From Harriotta raleighana (lineage: Eukaryota): a stretch of 64,000 nucleotides of DNA. The stretch covers positions 6,978,412 to 7,042,411 of the forward strand of contig JBNZDD010013714.1 in the NCBI GenBank assembly GCA_050575255.1. Direction: 5' to 3'. Every line of letters starts with the position of its first letter. Position 1 is the first letter of the stretch. The position numbers were made by a program, and so were the translations under genes. Shown here one piece after another: positions 1-13,569 of this stretch. The notes beneath the pieces were generated by a model that saw only the letters and a program-made list of their open reading frames with translations, did no database searches and had not been told where the DNA came from.

Positions 1-1234
1 TCCATGGGGTATATCCAGAGCTGAATCGATAAACCTTACTGTAACTGATTTAAGCTTAAAATTAACTATTAAGCTTAGTTAAAACTTCCGGAATAGTCCT
101 GTAGACCACATGTAAAATTCTTATAATGGAAAGACAGCCACATTTATTTCTTAAACAAAATATGTTTCTCATTTACCTGGTGTCAGGTCTGGGTGAGAAT
201 ATTTTGAAGAAAGGGATGAGGTGTTGGGATGTCACTGGCTGTAGTGCAAATGGACTCTTAATTCATTGTGATAGTTCCAGTGCTCACAATTTGTTTATCC
301 AATCAATAGTACATGAACTACATGTTTTCCAAGTGATCTTGACCTCTTTTGACTGAAAGGGATTTTCTCTTTAATACATTTATTATCACAGTGTAGAATT
401 TTTTACATTTCAGTATTTTTCTTTTTTTTCTCCATTTTCTCTCTTTTTTAACCATCTCTCGCATTTTCCCTCTAATTTTCTTTGTCCTCTCAAGCTATCT
501 CATCGTGTGTGTGTCTCTCATTCATTTACTTTTTCTCGTTCTATTTATCCTGTATTGGACTCTTTCAGAATAATAAGGTACAGTTTCTTATTCCTTTTTG
601 CAACAGCTTTTCGTCTTCATATCTTACATATCTTTTGACCTTCAAATTAATTCCCTTTGTTGTTTTATAATGTAGGCAGCCTTGGCTTAGATGCATATGC
701 TTTTGGTTCTGAACAATTTGTGCAAAGCTACTGCTATTTCTCCATTGCTAAAGAGTTTTATTTTAGGTGGTTCGGTTACAGGTGTCTAATTAAGATCACT
801 TTGCCCGCACATGATTTTTTTAAGGATTAAGTGAATCCTGTCACCTAAGCAGAGAATTCCAGGTGGATCTCTAAGAATGACTAACTTTGGATCAAAGTGG
901 TATTTTAGGTAAATTGTGCCAATTTAAAAGTGTTAAAAAGAACCGAGACATTAAATAAATGGTTGCAGGACTAAAGATGTAGACTGACTGTTTCAAATGC
1001 TATTGCTGAAATATTTCCTATTCTTAAACTTTATATTCAGATATAAACCTTGAGCAAGTTAATCAATTTTTATAATATTTGCAGCCACTAGAATTTTTTT
1101 TTTATGGCTGGCCAGTTAAGAATTTGGCACAGTTCAGAAAACAGCTTGCAGTGTGCCAGGGGCAGGCAGGATTTGTGTTCTGAGTGCATTCTCAGCGCAA
1201 TTGAACTTAAAACTTTGTACTTGAGATGGATTCA

Positions 1235-1908
1235 TCCGGCCATGTTGTGGGTTAAAGCCCCACGTTTCGAACTTGTAATCACAGAGATGACACTCCAATG
1301 CAGTGCTCGGGGTGTGTTGCATTAATAATAATCATTGCATTTGATGTAGCACTTTTCACTTCTTCTAGATGTCTCATAGTGCTTCACAGATGAGGTGTAA
1401 AGTGAATTAACTGTATATTGTTTGGTGGACAAAACGGGGCAGCCAATTGTGCCACAAACAGTCGTGGATTGAAATGGCACATTTATTATTGGAGTGTTTT
1501 CTTATGGGATTTCTTAGGTGTATGGAGTAAGGAAACTTGTCCAAGGATTTGCTCTGCCGGAAATCAAACCCAGGACTCTCGCTTGCAAGGCGAGTACTCT
1601 AACCACTGAGCTACAGGACTCTGCATTGTTCAAGGTGCTGTCTTTCGGATGAGATGTTAAGCCGACTGCTCTCACTGTTTAGGTGAACATTAAAGATGTC
1701 GTGGCGCTATTCAAAAAGAAAAGGGAATTTTTCCCAGTGTCCTGGTCAGTAATCCCCCAAATAAAATTGGTTATTCTGGGACATTGCTGTGTGGAAATTG
1801 GCAGTCGCATTTCACCCACAAAATACACAGTCAGTATATTTTATATCCTGTGAAATGCTTTGAGATGTCTCTACAACGTGATGAAGTGCAAATGCAAAAA
1901 TTATTATA
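1235..1908 (+). mobile_element. Old Deu-domain SINE (AmnSINE1/SacSINE1-like), split by a younger SINE at 1324-1621
   Basis: The 5' part TGACACTCCAATGCAGTGCTCGGGGTGTGTTGCATT continues after the insert as GGTGCTGTCTTTCGGATGAGATGTTAAGCCGA...TAAAGATGTCGTGGCGCTATTC...CCAGTGTCCTGG (Deu-like core). It ends in an L2-type tail GTGAAATGCTTTGAGATG...ATGCAAAAATTATT. Confidence 0.75.
1324..1621 (-). mobile_element. Young tRNA-derived SINE, near full length
   Basis: Reverse complement reads GAGTCCTGTAGCTCAGTGGTTAGAGTACTCGCCTTGCAAGCGAGAGTCCTGGGTTTGATTTCCGGCAG: A box, B box and an anticodon-like arm CTCGC-CTTGCAA-GCGAG. It has the shared body and a tail ending (ATT)n, and matches the copies at 36574 and 55951. 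Confidence 0.9.
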
Positions 1909-4900
1909 TATAGTTTTAAATCTCTTTAGTTAAAAATACTACACTAACATTTATTGCTTAAACAATGCTAGAGAATCTTAGTGTTTAATCCTTTGCCCTT
2001 TTTCTTGCGCAATTACTCCACAGGATGCACAGTTATTGCTGGCCATATAAAGTCCTCAGTGATAACTGCATCGGATTGTAGAAAGGAACCTGTGGAAATA
2101 GTTCCAGATCTGGTCCAAGTGAATGTTAACAGGTGGCAATGGAGAAGCCAATGCTGCTTCATGCAACCAAACTCCTTGCAAACAGCTTTCTTTCTCCAGC
2201 CACCCTTTAATCTACTGATCTGAAAATTGACTGCTGCAACGTCAAATCTTAGCTGTCTCTTCTTTTTCCAGTCCAATCTCTCAGCTTCATTATTATCTCT
2301 GTGATGTGTCTCTTACCCATTTGTCTCTCTCATGCCAGTGTATCTGTCTGACTCCTGTCCGTGGGAGATTAGCTTTATATTGCTTGCAGCAGCATCCCCT
2401 TTTAGTATGTCATCATCTTGTAACGATCCATTAGCTGTAGTCTTGTGAATGTAGTTAGTGGGTTAGAAAGTCTTAAATTTTTTTATTGCATCCTTTGTAT
2501 AAAGGGGCTGCTACATAGAGCACAAACATTCAAATTCTGTAGAAACCTCATATGTTATTGTTTCCTTTTGGATATTCTCATTGACCCTCTGTCATTTCCC
2601 ATGTTGAGTTTGATCTTGATGAACTGTAACAGAATGGCGACAAATGTGTTTTTAATCTTTTCAAGGCCAACTTTTGCATTTTACTGGCTTGGTAAATTTT
2701 TCTTGAGAGCTTCTTGGCAACAGAAGTTCATAAAATCATCCACATAACTACAGCTTCTCTACAGCCTACCATTAATATTGAGAATATTTGGCTATGGGAG
2801 ATTGGTCCACCGGTAATAATATCCAATAGTTGCTTTTGTAAGATCAACTTGGATTGAAAGCTACGGACACCAGTATGCATTGACTGCCATATAACTGGTC
2901 TTCATTATTAGTATTATTATTATTCTCCTGTGTTGGATTGAGTTATTCATAGCCACTTTTAAGGACAATTATTTTATCATTATAATTCAGGTCTATAAAA
3001 TAGCTTCCTTTCTCAAGTATTCATTTATTGTAATTTTAACTGTATCTTTATCTGTTGTTTATACTGTATTTTCATTCTATTTGAGATGATGGTATATACT
3101 GATAGGAGAGTGTGAGATGATCATTAAATGTCACGGTTGTTCAGGTGCTATCCATAAACAAGTTGTGTTTTACTTTCAAGGCTTGCGATGCCATCTCAAT
3201 CTCTCCATAAAAAATATGTCCTTATTACAGTACTTCCTTCCAGCCAACCAGAGTGCTTCTGATTGATTTTCTCATAAAGGTACAGTATTGGCACCAGGAA
3301 TAGGGCAATGCCTCACTGCAAAATTGATGTATTGAAAGTGCAAAATGCTCCGTAAAAGTCTTAGTTCCAAACATGAGCTTGAGAGTTATTGCATGGATGA
3401 CAATTACAAACCACTTGACCTTTGCTGTGATCCAAGTCTAACCATTAATTGTCTTTTATTTCAAACTCCAATGACCTATTATTACATACTGAATGTACCC
3501 TAGTCAACTTTGTGTACAATACACTAAACACAAATAAGCTGTTTACTAGTTTTATTTCTATTTTATTTATAGATCTTTGCAGAAAATCTGCTAAAATCAC
3601 CACTCAATGAAAGCAATATTTTTCAGTGGAACCGATGGAAACTTCGGATTACAGGATGTATTGTTTTAGGAGAAATGAAAGCTCTTTTCTTACAGAATTT
3701 AGCAATAGTACATTATTGGCGGATCTATACTTGAATCATTTCAACCAACCTCTAGAGCAAATTATGACCCCCTTCACTTGCTCCCAAATGCTTCACGTCC
3801 TCCGCAATGCAGAGATTTGAGCTAAAGCCAATAGTACCAGCGTGATCCATTTCCATGTTTCCTCAATCTGGTTTGATTTACTTAGCAAAATGATTTAATC
3901 TTATTAATCCTATTAATCTGAATTTAAAGCCTTATTATGATCACTGATTTGCTGCTGGATTTTATCCTGAAGGATATTTATATATTTATTCAGATGCTGA
4001 GTAAATCTGGAAGAATTATAACAAGTTTATACCATTGTACATTTTTATTTGTTATAGTCCATTTCCACTGTTGAGCATTTGATATTCTTTGTTTTCCAAT
4101 TGAATTGTATTTTTGGCTACAGATGTTATTGATATCTTACCTTTCTAATTTACATAGAACTGGACAACTCTTAAATATAACTTATCTGGTTTCCTAGAGG
4201 CAATAGATCAAACAGGAACATCCTGGCTCAATATTTTAGCATCAATAATAATAAGTCTACAAAACTGTTATGTTTCAAGTTTTTCTTTTGTTCTTGATAA
4301 AGCTCCATTTGTTTAGAATGTATTTGTTGCTTTTGCATATGTAATTCATCATATGAATGAGCAGTAATTTGGTTTTGGACAACATTATACAGTATTATCA
4401 TTATCCACAGTGCCTTTCATATCAAAAAAAATCTTTTCATTAGGTTAGTGAGGCGCAACCTTGCATGTTATGTCTAGTTTTCCAGCCAAAATCCATTTGT
4501 GATGCTAATACTGTAATTGCTGATTGAACCAAGTCTTGAGAAATTGTGGATCAATCTGCATGGTGAAGAATTTCCAGCAGTTTTCATTCTGGAAAGTAAC
4601 AGAGTGATAGAAAGACGGAGAACGAGACAAATGTTATTCAGAAATAAAAACATGGCAACCCACAACTGTTCAATCAGCTAGCCAATGGGAAAGAGAGAGA
4701 TGAATTTTCTATTGTTTTATTCATTGTTCACACCAGAACTGAGCTGAGGTGTGGATTTGCAGCAACAGCTGGTTTCTTAATCCTATTAGTTTAGCCAAGA
4801 TGGACCAAGCTTCTATTAGTGTCAGATCTGCATTAAAATTTATTTTGGCCTCTTGTAGGATCCCTGAAGCTGCAATGCCATAGTCTGGCTATTCGTTTGA

Positions 4901-6011
4901 AACACATAGAATGGTTTCTTTTATGTGAAGAACGCTAAAATACTACTTTGTAAAATAGTCGTGACAGGCATTACAAAGAAAGATGGGAAGTATAAAAACA
5001 CATCAATCTTTTTTTAATTCATTATTGTCTTCTTGAACAAGATTCAGAAATGCTTCAGTAATTTTTAAATTGTTAATCCAGTGCCATGCATGCCCAATAC
5101 TTCGATAACACAATTACTGGAGCTCAGCAAGTTGCAGTAGTATGAGATTTATAGCAGGATTTCAACAGTTACAATTTTTTTTTGTTGGTTGGTGGGGGAT
5201 AAATTGTTCTCCTAGTCTGTTAAAAGGTGACTTCAGATCTGAAAGGAAGCAATAATGATTTTATCTTCAATCTTCTTAAAACTGTTCTGAATCATGGGGA
5301 TTGATGTGCTCTCTCACAGTGACTGGAGTGGAATTTGCACAATTTATCTTAATCCTGTTGAGTATATTATGAAGTACAGTATTTCAAAGTTGAGCCAACA
5401 ACAACAGTTATGTAGCACTCTTCATACGTATGGCAGGGTACCATTTCGGAGCGCTTAATGCTAATACTTGACAAAGCTTGACATTATGTATTTCCTTACT
5501 AAAATCTCCTTAGATTCAATCCTCCCTCACAATTCTGTCCATCTGTGTCTTGCATGGGTTCCTTATGGAGTATCGCTATTCAAAAAAATGACCTGTTTAG
5601 AATGACGTACGGTAGTGGCATTGTACGATTTGGATAATTGAGAGCCTCCATCTCTATTTACACATTGTTCATTGCCACCTATACCTTTGCTTCCTGTGAT
5701 TTTGTGATAATTTCTGCTCAGTTTCACAAATACAGTAATATGTTTGCCCAGGAAAATTGGACTAAGTTATATGTACAGCCCACAAAACTATTTGCTGAAA
5801 GTAAGAAAGGGAAGAGTTGTCACTGTACATCATAAATATCTCAAAGTTACTTAAAGAAATGAATAGTTTTGAGATAAATAGAATGGTGGAGCATTTTGGT
5901 TTGGAATTTCCATTTCCAGTGTTGTTCAAAAATGGCTTCAGAATTCAAGAATTTTCCACAATTCTGTGTGATCTTTAATCAATAATAATGATTAATTAAG
6001 GATCATGATAA

Positions 6012-6178
6012 TAAGTTGTTCACTCAATCCCCGAGTGTTTGTGAGATACTGCTGTGCGCAATTGTCTGCCTTGTTTTGCCCACAAAATGTACAGTCAATC
6101 CACTTTACACTACATTCTGTGAAGCGCTCTCAAAGACCTTATAATGCGCTATATCAAATGCAAATATTATTATTATTA
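6012..6178 (+). mobile_element. SINE 3' half (5'-truncated)
   Basis: TGTTTGTGAGATACTGCTGTGCGCAATTG...GTGAAGCGCT...GCGCTATATCAAATGCAAATATTATTATT matches the family body and tail. Confidence 0.85.
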
Positions 6179-6199
6179 GAGATCTGTGGGTCAACTCAG

Positions 6200-6400
6200 T
6201 GTCTCTGCCCTACGCTTTTTCTCCTTCAAGGCCGGCCTCAAGACCCACCTTTTTGACCATGCCTTCAACCATAAGGTTGAAGGCCCTCCCTCATCCCAAC
6301 CCGGCCCCCAAAACTCCCTCCTGACCCCTGAATGTTCAGCGCTTTGGGATGTCCTCCCAATGTGAAAGTCGCTCTACAAATGTAATTTTGTTGTTGTTGT
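6200..6400 (+). mobile_element. L2 LINE 3' end fragment
   Basis: Encodes [14 protein letters not shown] (L2 ORF2 C-terminus), then a C-rich 3' UTR and the tail CAGCGCTTTGGGATGTCCTCCCAATGTGAAAGTCGCTCTACAAATGTAATTTTG(TTG)n. Confidence 0.85.
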
Positions 6401-7492
6401 GTCAGCATTTCCTACAAGTGGCTTGGTTAAAGACCAGTCAGTACATCACTACAGAACTTAAACTCAATTCTGGAGCCAACTAAAGAAGATTGGAAGAGTC
6501 ACTGTAGAGTGAATTCCTGCAGAGTACTCCAATAATAATGTGTCTTTGTCACAGAACTGAGATATTGAATGTGATTCTAATAATGCAGACACTGTGGTAC
6601 ATTGGAGGCATCCTATTCTATGTTTCATAACCATCTTTTTAGTAATTTTAAGAACGATCCATTTGGGATTTCTGGCAAGTGCTTTGAGCATAGCATGGGG
6701 GGAGCGAGCCAGTGTGCAGACAAGGTTTAGCATTGTGCTGTGTGGTTGCATTACCTAATATTGCAGCAAGAACCTCCCTTTCCCTCCTACTGTCCCCACT
6801 AACAACTCATGTTGCTACCAATCACTGTGCAACCTGCATTTAATAACAAACACATCTTTCTTTCTCTCGTTTGAATCTAGAGACAGGGAGGGGGATGCTT
6901 TGTTTGTTTCTTCTCTCCCCCTCCCTTCCCCTTTCCATTCTTCTCATTCCCTCTCTGTTCACTCTGTCCAAGAATATTGTTACTATATCACATTCAAGTA
7001 TTATGATGATTTATTATTAATAATAATAAATGCAGCTTTGCTGAATCTTTCTTCTCTCCCAAATAAAATCAGGTTTACAGACTAAAGTTTCTTAAAACAA
7101 AGAAAATATGATTTTTCACAGAAGTTGAAGTGTTTCTGAGAACCTTAATTGAAATGTTATCAAACAGCCGGGATGAATTCATGACTTCTCTTTGATATTT
7201 ATTCTCCAGGGAAAGCTCCCGATATTATGCTTTTGATTCTAATCACTGCAGATTTATCATGAAATAAACATTACAGTCATTTCACTCTTTGTCATTATCA
7301 TTTGAATTTCATCACTGATTGCCCTTTATATCAGAATTGTCAGTCTTTGCATTCTTCTTGAGTTGATCTATCTTTGGCAGACAAAGGGGATCTGGTATAT
7401 GTAGTTACCCCTTTAGACAGGGTCCCAATCTTGTGAAGTCAATATTGCACGTGATTGTAAAGAACTGAAAAATCTAATCTGAAGAATAAATT

Positions 7493-7538
7493 GTCCTCCC
7501 AATGTGAAAGGGGCTATATGAATGCAGTTGTTGGTGTT
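7493..7538 (+). mobile_element. L2 tail remnant
   Basis: GTCCTCCCAATGTGAAAGGGGCTATATGAATGCAGTTGTTGG matches other L2 tails in the window. Confidence 0.65.
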
Positions 7539-8659
7539 AAATTGCCCTCGCCTCACCCAGTCAAGTTTTCATTGCAATAATCCCCGAATTATCCTAATAT
7601 AAATTTCAGCAATGTTATGCATCCCATAGTCTTGCTGAGAGATGAGAATTGTATCTCATATTATGTAATAAGAAAATTCATCCTACTTATAATATGCACG
7701 ATATGATTGTGAGTTGTGTTCTCAGAAGCAAGCTCCAGTATACATTCAAAAACTGTGGTGGATAGCGATGGCTAAACTGTACATCACATCATCTATGTTT
7801 AATAAACCTGTCCAGAGGTGAAAATAATTGGTTTTAGATCATTAGTGATCAAATAGAAAAAGGCAGCACCAGCTGCCTTTTAATTACTGTTCTCCATTTT
7901 CACTATTTCTTCTAAATCAAAATGTTTCAGCTGTACTCTCGTTTTAGGATTTCAAGGGAAATGTCCCTTGTAATTGGACAATTGGAGAGCTGAATTGCTA
8001 GTAAGTAAGTATTGTTAATTAAATGTTACTGCTGTACCATTAGAAAACATATGGTTTTGTATTTGATGAAACCTTGACAGGACACCAAAATGTAAACTCT
8101 ACAAAGTGCAGCTATAATTCCTTAAAGACATGCTAAGCCACCTAGATATGTTTACTGTTTAAGTAGAGTGTGATCTCACTTCTACACTTAGATGAAAGAT
8201 ACTTCATCTTATAAGAAGCTTTTTGTGATAAACAATTTGGCCAGTGCTTTATATTTAAATTAGTATCAAACTCAAAGTGTCAGAATGAAAATAAAAATAC
8301 ACACACTGACACTCATATTCACACTTACACTATATATTGGTTTTACATAGGACTTGGAGGAGGCAAAATTCTTGGGTTTGGATGCCTTGACATGCAAGTA
8401 AAAGTCAAGATTTAGATAAATTTTAATTTTGGTAAGAATAATACAATTTAAATCATTGTGATAAATGGACAGTGATTCTAAACACAGAAATCCTAATCCT
8501 TGCATTTAATATAATGCTAAAAACATCAAAAATCTACAAAGCATTTAACATGTATTTGCTAAGAAGTGCCATGACTGTGAATTTGTAGACAAACACAGCA
8601 GCCATTTTATACATATCCATGAAGTAAAAGATTAATTTAGTTCAAAAAATGTCAACATG

Positions 8660-8717
8660 GGGCTTGATTCCTTCTAACTCAGAGTTCAGAGTCCTACAAA
8701 CTGAACATGTCTGACAT
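8660..8717 (-). mobile_element. Deu-SINE tRNA-head remnant
   Basis: CCTTCTAACTCAGAGTTCAGAGTCCTACAAACTGAACATGTCTGACA resembles the heads at 62420-62481 and 48720-48765. Confidence 0.45.
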
Positions 8718-8821
8718 CCAATGGCTCAATGGATAACTTTTATGCTTAGTTTAAAATTGAAACATAGAGGTTTACAAGGCCACAGATTTCAAATCCAATC
8801 TATGCTGAATTACCTGAATTT

Positions 8822-9277
8822 ATCATGGAATTATATAACAAGAGAAGGAGGCCATTTGGCCCATTGTGTCTGTTCCGTCTCTTTGAAAAGTGCTATCCAA
8901 ATCAATCCCGCTCCCCTACTCTCTCCCCATAGCCCTACAAACTCCTCAAATAACGTTGATAAGATGTGAAGAGCGCTATATCAAATGCAAGGATTATTAT
9001 TATTAGCTACTTCTCTTAAAAGTTGTATTGAATCAGCTTCCACCACCCTTTCAGGCAATGTATTCCAGATCTGACCAACTTGTGAAAAAATTTATTCTCA
9101 CCTCCCCTCCGTTTCTTTTAACAGCTATTTTAAATTGGTGTCCTCAGGTTACCGACCAACCAGTAGAAATAGTTTGCCCTTTTTTGCCCTACCCTATCAA
9201 ATACCCTCACAATTTTGAAAACTTCTATTAAATCGAATCTCAATCTTCTCTGTTCCAAGGAGAATAATCCTAGCTAT
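8822..9277 (-). mobile_element. CR1 LINE 3' end fragment, interrupted by a SINE tail
   Basis: GAAGGAGGCCATTTGGCCCATTGTGTCTG...CTCTCCCCATAGCCC, then ATTGAATCAGCTTCCACCACCCTTTCAGGCAATGTATTCCAG...AATCTTCTCTGTTCCAAGGAGAA. This is typical reverse-strand CR1 ORF2 end and 3' UTR as I recall it from shark DNA. Confidence 0.7.
8945..9005 (+). mobile_element. SINE tail inserted in CR1
   Basis: ACGTTGATAAGATGTGAAGAGCGCTATATCAAATGCAAGGATTATTATTATT. Confidence 0.85.
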
Positions 9278-9290
9278 TTAGGGTACAATC

Positions 9291-9350
9291 ATAATAATAA
9301 TCCTTGCATTTGTTGTAGCACTTTTCACGTCTTCTAGACGTCTCAAAGTG
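9291..9350 (-). mobile_element. SINE tail fragment
   Basis: ATAATAATAATCCTTGCATTTG...CACTTTTCACGTCTTCTAGACGTCTCAAAGTG. Confidence 0.85.
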
Positions 9351-12206
9351 AAAGTGGTATAAGTAGCAACATTGTCTGTGGCCTAGAGAAGGGTAAAGGC
9401 CTAGACTGGCCTACAGAAGGGAAAAGTCAACCAGGGTCTTCTCTCCAGATTGTGCTTATTGATTTCTGTGGACATGTATACAGTTGTAGACAACAGTTCG
9501 AAGGCTGGAACAAAATTTAGGTGTGAACACTGGCATCTAAAATGCACTATTTACAAAGCAGTTTCAGTGTATTAATTGCCACTTTCACATTGTAAAATTT
9601 ACAGAGGGATATCGCAGTTTTCCATTTGCCAATTGCACAATCCAATATTTGTATCAGGCAAGTCACAATTAACACAACAAATCTGTTTAGTGATTACTGC
9701 ACAGAACCCAAGGTGACTAGAGGAAAACCCGTTCTTATTCTTCACTGCTTAGAAAACATATTTTTCAGAAGATATTTCCCCTTTAAGGAAAAAAGGTGGC
9801 TCGTCAGCCACACCAATAATGTGTGAAACATTCGGAAAAGGTTTTTGCCTGCAAAACCATTGCTAAGCTGGGCTGACATGAAAGCAAATTCCAGTTATGC
9901 CTAGGAAGAGGTGCAAAATTGAAAGACAATTGAAGGTACACTTAAAGATATCTGCTTCAAACTTTATTGATGTTTTCTCTTCATCTTAAGAAAAGTAATG
10001 TGAAATCTTATTTATGTAATGCATGACTTTTTTACTGATAGTTTCTTCCTAGTATGTTTCTTTCTATCGATTCTATTTTGATCCACCTAGACTGTCCTGT
10101 TGCTCCCTAGCCAGCTCCTGGAATTGAATGTCAGAAAATACTGGAAAGGCACGTTCTTTAACCGTTACTTCAACATTATTTCTGTCAAACCTTCTCCTCC
10201 AGACAGTCTATTTGTATCTGTGCATTAGTCTTTCTCGTACACCCTCGCCTGTGACGTAACCAACATTCCAGCTGATGTGAAGCATCCCATCAGCAAAGTT
10301 GTAATTAAATAGCAAGCATTTTCAAAGCTAAAGTGCCTCAAAATCAAGTATAACACAACCTCAGTTTCTGACAATTCAAGAATGAAGCCACCCTGCGAGT
10401 CAGGCCTCAGACTGACTCATAACCGCAGAAGCTCAAGCGATTTACCTAAAAGCATCCAATTGTTACCATAATCTGGTCCAAGATTCAGGCATGCATCTCA
10501 CACAAATGTCATACTGACACTGATGTGACTTTTGCAGTACAACAAGTCTGATAAATCATCCAGAGATTGCTTCTTAATTTTTTTTAACAAGCTTTAATGG
10601 GTTTGTAGTCAGTTTCATTTATAGAATATTTAAAAACTATTTCAATAAAATGCATCTATTGTATTATACCTCTCCTTGTCGTTGTAGTTATCAATGTTCT
10701 AATCATTACTATAATGAACTTGGGTGGCTCATCCCAACTCTCACATCAGTGTTTGGCATTATTATAACAATGGGATGCCATTGGAGGCCTTTGGGTACAT
10801 TTACAGAGAATTTACTCATTATCTTGGAATTCTGTTGCTTTTGTGCTAAAATAGCTTATAATAAATTTAGGACTTGTTCATTACTTTTTATATATTTAGA
10901 TCTGCTACCTGGAGACTGATGTTTCTACTGAATGATTCCAAGGTGGTGTTTCTAGATTCTAGGTTTTTGAGCAATTTCAAGCTAATGCTTTGTAAGAAAT
11001 GTATTTTGGGGATATCAATGCTAAAACGTACTTTTAATAGATTCCTCTATAGAGGAGATTTTAAAGCTTGTAAAATTAAAGGTACATTGATGGGGAGATG
11101 ATTGCATTGAATGCTTCCCCTCTCTCTGGTTCCATTACTGCTCACTACATTCAGATATTCATTAATTATTCATTTTCATAATTATTAATACTTAATAACA
11201 TTATATTGCAGAATATCACTATCACATACATCATAGTAACCTTAACCCACTCAAATTTATTCTAAAGGCATTATCAAAGATTATGCTAATAGGTATGAAT
11301 TGAAGTTTTAGCCTGTCTGCCTGTGACCAGCTTGTCAGATTCATTATCAGTCTTCATTCACCCGAACTCACTCCGTTATGATAATAGTGGCTCGTTTTCT
11401 CTTGGTGCCACCAACATGTTCATTCTCATTGGTTCCTGCATTAATTCCTTTGACTGTATCATGTTCAATTTGTGCTGCCCTGGCTTTTATGCAGTTAATC
11501 TTGTAACCTATTTCATTATTGTTCTTACGATTTTACCTAGGTGGTTTCAGGTTGCTTTACATTGATTGTTGAGCTTCTGTTTCTTTGACTTTCCTTTTTT
11601 TTAACATAGTTTCACTTCGATTTAACTTTGAATATTCCTTGTTTTCATGTGTCTTCACGTGCATTCTTTTTACTTAGAAGATCTCGGGATCTTGCAAGAT
11701 CTTTTCCTGCATGATCCTAAAATAAATATGTTTGCTTACCTGTCAATTTATTTGCTGTTAACTGAACAACATGCCAGGTGGCTGGACTGGGTAGTTTGAT
11801 TGCTGCTAACACATTATCAGAGTTTTAATAATACTGTAATTTGGGAATTTACTTTAACAAATACAGCCAGGACATCAACTTTAGTTTTTAACCAAATAAG
11901 TCTAAAAATGGTCAGTGAAAATTGTTATACTGTTTACAGTCTAATGTCTATATAAAAAAAGTGTTCCTGTAAAATCATATTTATTCAAGGATGGCTGGAT
12001 TTCTTCCATGACTTTTTAATCACATAGACAGTTTGCTTCTGTGAGTGAGATAATACCTAGGGTGGTTTATGATGGGCTCAACAACTCCCAAGCCACAACC
12101 TGTCATCTCAGTGATACACTGGAGAAGTCCGGGAATGGGCATTGGCGCATGGTGACTGGTATAACTGGGCTCCTGCATAAAACTTCAAATAAGACTTTAA
12201 TAATAT

Positions 12207-12410
12207 AATAATAATCCTTGCATTTGATATAGCGCTTTTCACATCTTATCAACGTCCCAAAGCGCTTCACAGAGTATACTGTAAAGTGAATTGACTGTAT
12301 ATTTGTGGGCGGAATGCGGCAGCCAATTGCGCACAGCAGTGTCCCACAAACAGTCGTGGATTGAAATGACCAATTTTATTATTGTGGTTTTTTTGGAGGG
12401 ATTATTATTA
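12207..12410 (-). mobile_element. Young SINE, 5'-truncated, low divergence
   Basis: AATAATAATCCTTGCATTTGATATAGCGCTTTTCACATC...GCGGCAGCCAATTGCGCACAGCAGTGTCCCACAAACAGTCGTGGATTGAAATGACCAATTTT; CpGs retained. Confidence 0.9.
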
Positions 12411-13569
12411 ACAGTGTGACTAGGAAAGCCGTGTTTGCTGCTTGGAGAGCATTTGACAGCACTACAGGGAATCTATTCAATGTGATGCTGCCACAGGGGG
12501 CAAGAATAGTGCCAGGAACGTGAGGTTCACTTACGTTATGACGATGAGGTGTAATTTGGCTGAAGGGGCCCAATTTGAATTTGGTTCACCAATTCAGTAG
12601 ATTCAATGAGAGTTTTGTAGGTTGGTCTTTTCTGACAGTCTACAATAAGTACTTAACTCATTTGAACTAACAGGCTTAGAATATCAATATTTATTGTTAG
12701 CATATAGCCTACAAACATAATTAGCGCAAATTATGATAGACTTTATGCCATTCTTCATATGTTTGGGATTGTGCTTCAAGTGTTGCAAAGCTGTAGGACT
12801 AGTACCAGTTTACTGGAGGATGAAATGGGTTTTTAATATGTCTTGGAAGGACAAAAGAAGTGCAAATCAATCTCTGTTTAATAATCTATTGGTCTGATAT
12901 ACGTTTTCTCAACCTTCTCTCCACCAGTAGCTATTTGGCCCTTCCACTTAACATGATAAGAACTTCAATTTACTGAGCCACCTCGTCCCACAATTGAATG
13001 CATCACCACCAAATTCACATTTGAGCTCTTTGACTTGATGTCAGACAAAAGGTTTCATTGATTTAATTTGTTTTACAATTAAAGTGGGATAAGAGTGCAG
13101 AACTGCAATGTGCTGCCATTATCTTCATCGCATTTGCATTGAACAAGCTTCTTAACTCTATACTGCGCAGATGGTGAGCTGTGACTAAGAGTTTTGTCTT
13201 TATTCCAACTCACAGAGCCCAAATGTCCTAGCTTTATGACTCAGTGTTGCAATATGTTCTCTTCTGACCCAATATGGTTTCATGAATTTATTCTTCAGTC
13301 TTCCTAAAGCAATTTACAAGGTGAAAGCAATTTATTTCTGGAGTCTGGGGAAAAGGCAGGGCTATTTGATCTACTGACAGGTTTTAAACCTCCACTCTTG
13401 CAATAATTCTCATGATGGGTAATTAATTGCATTTTTGTTTTAGAAAGTATAGAAATAATTTTTTAAAATATTTTGAAAATATTTTAGAGATATTATTGGA
13501 GTTGTCTCAATATCTTTGCTCATAAGTAATCAACCCATCAGAAGTGTAGTATTTGTACCTTATTTGTAT

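Noticed and set aside
1550-1621. tRNA-Ala(TGC)-like sequence (also near 36591 and 56190)
   Set aside because: It has no proper acceptor stem and is fused to a SINE body, so it is a SINE head rather than a tRNA gene.
7948-8000. Possible 53-nt exon (TTTTAG|GATTTC...TGCTA|GTAAGT; DFKGNVPCNWTIGELNC)
   Set aside because: Splice signals are plausible, but the peptide is unrecognised and there are no partner exons; RNA-seq would be needed.
12486-12503. CTCF-like GCTGCCACAGGGGGCA
   Set aside because: Only the 3' half matches the CCASYAGRKGGC core; insufficient without ChIP data.
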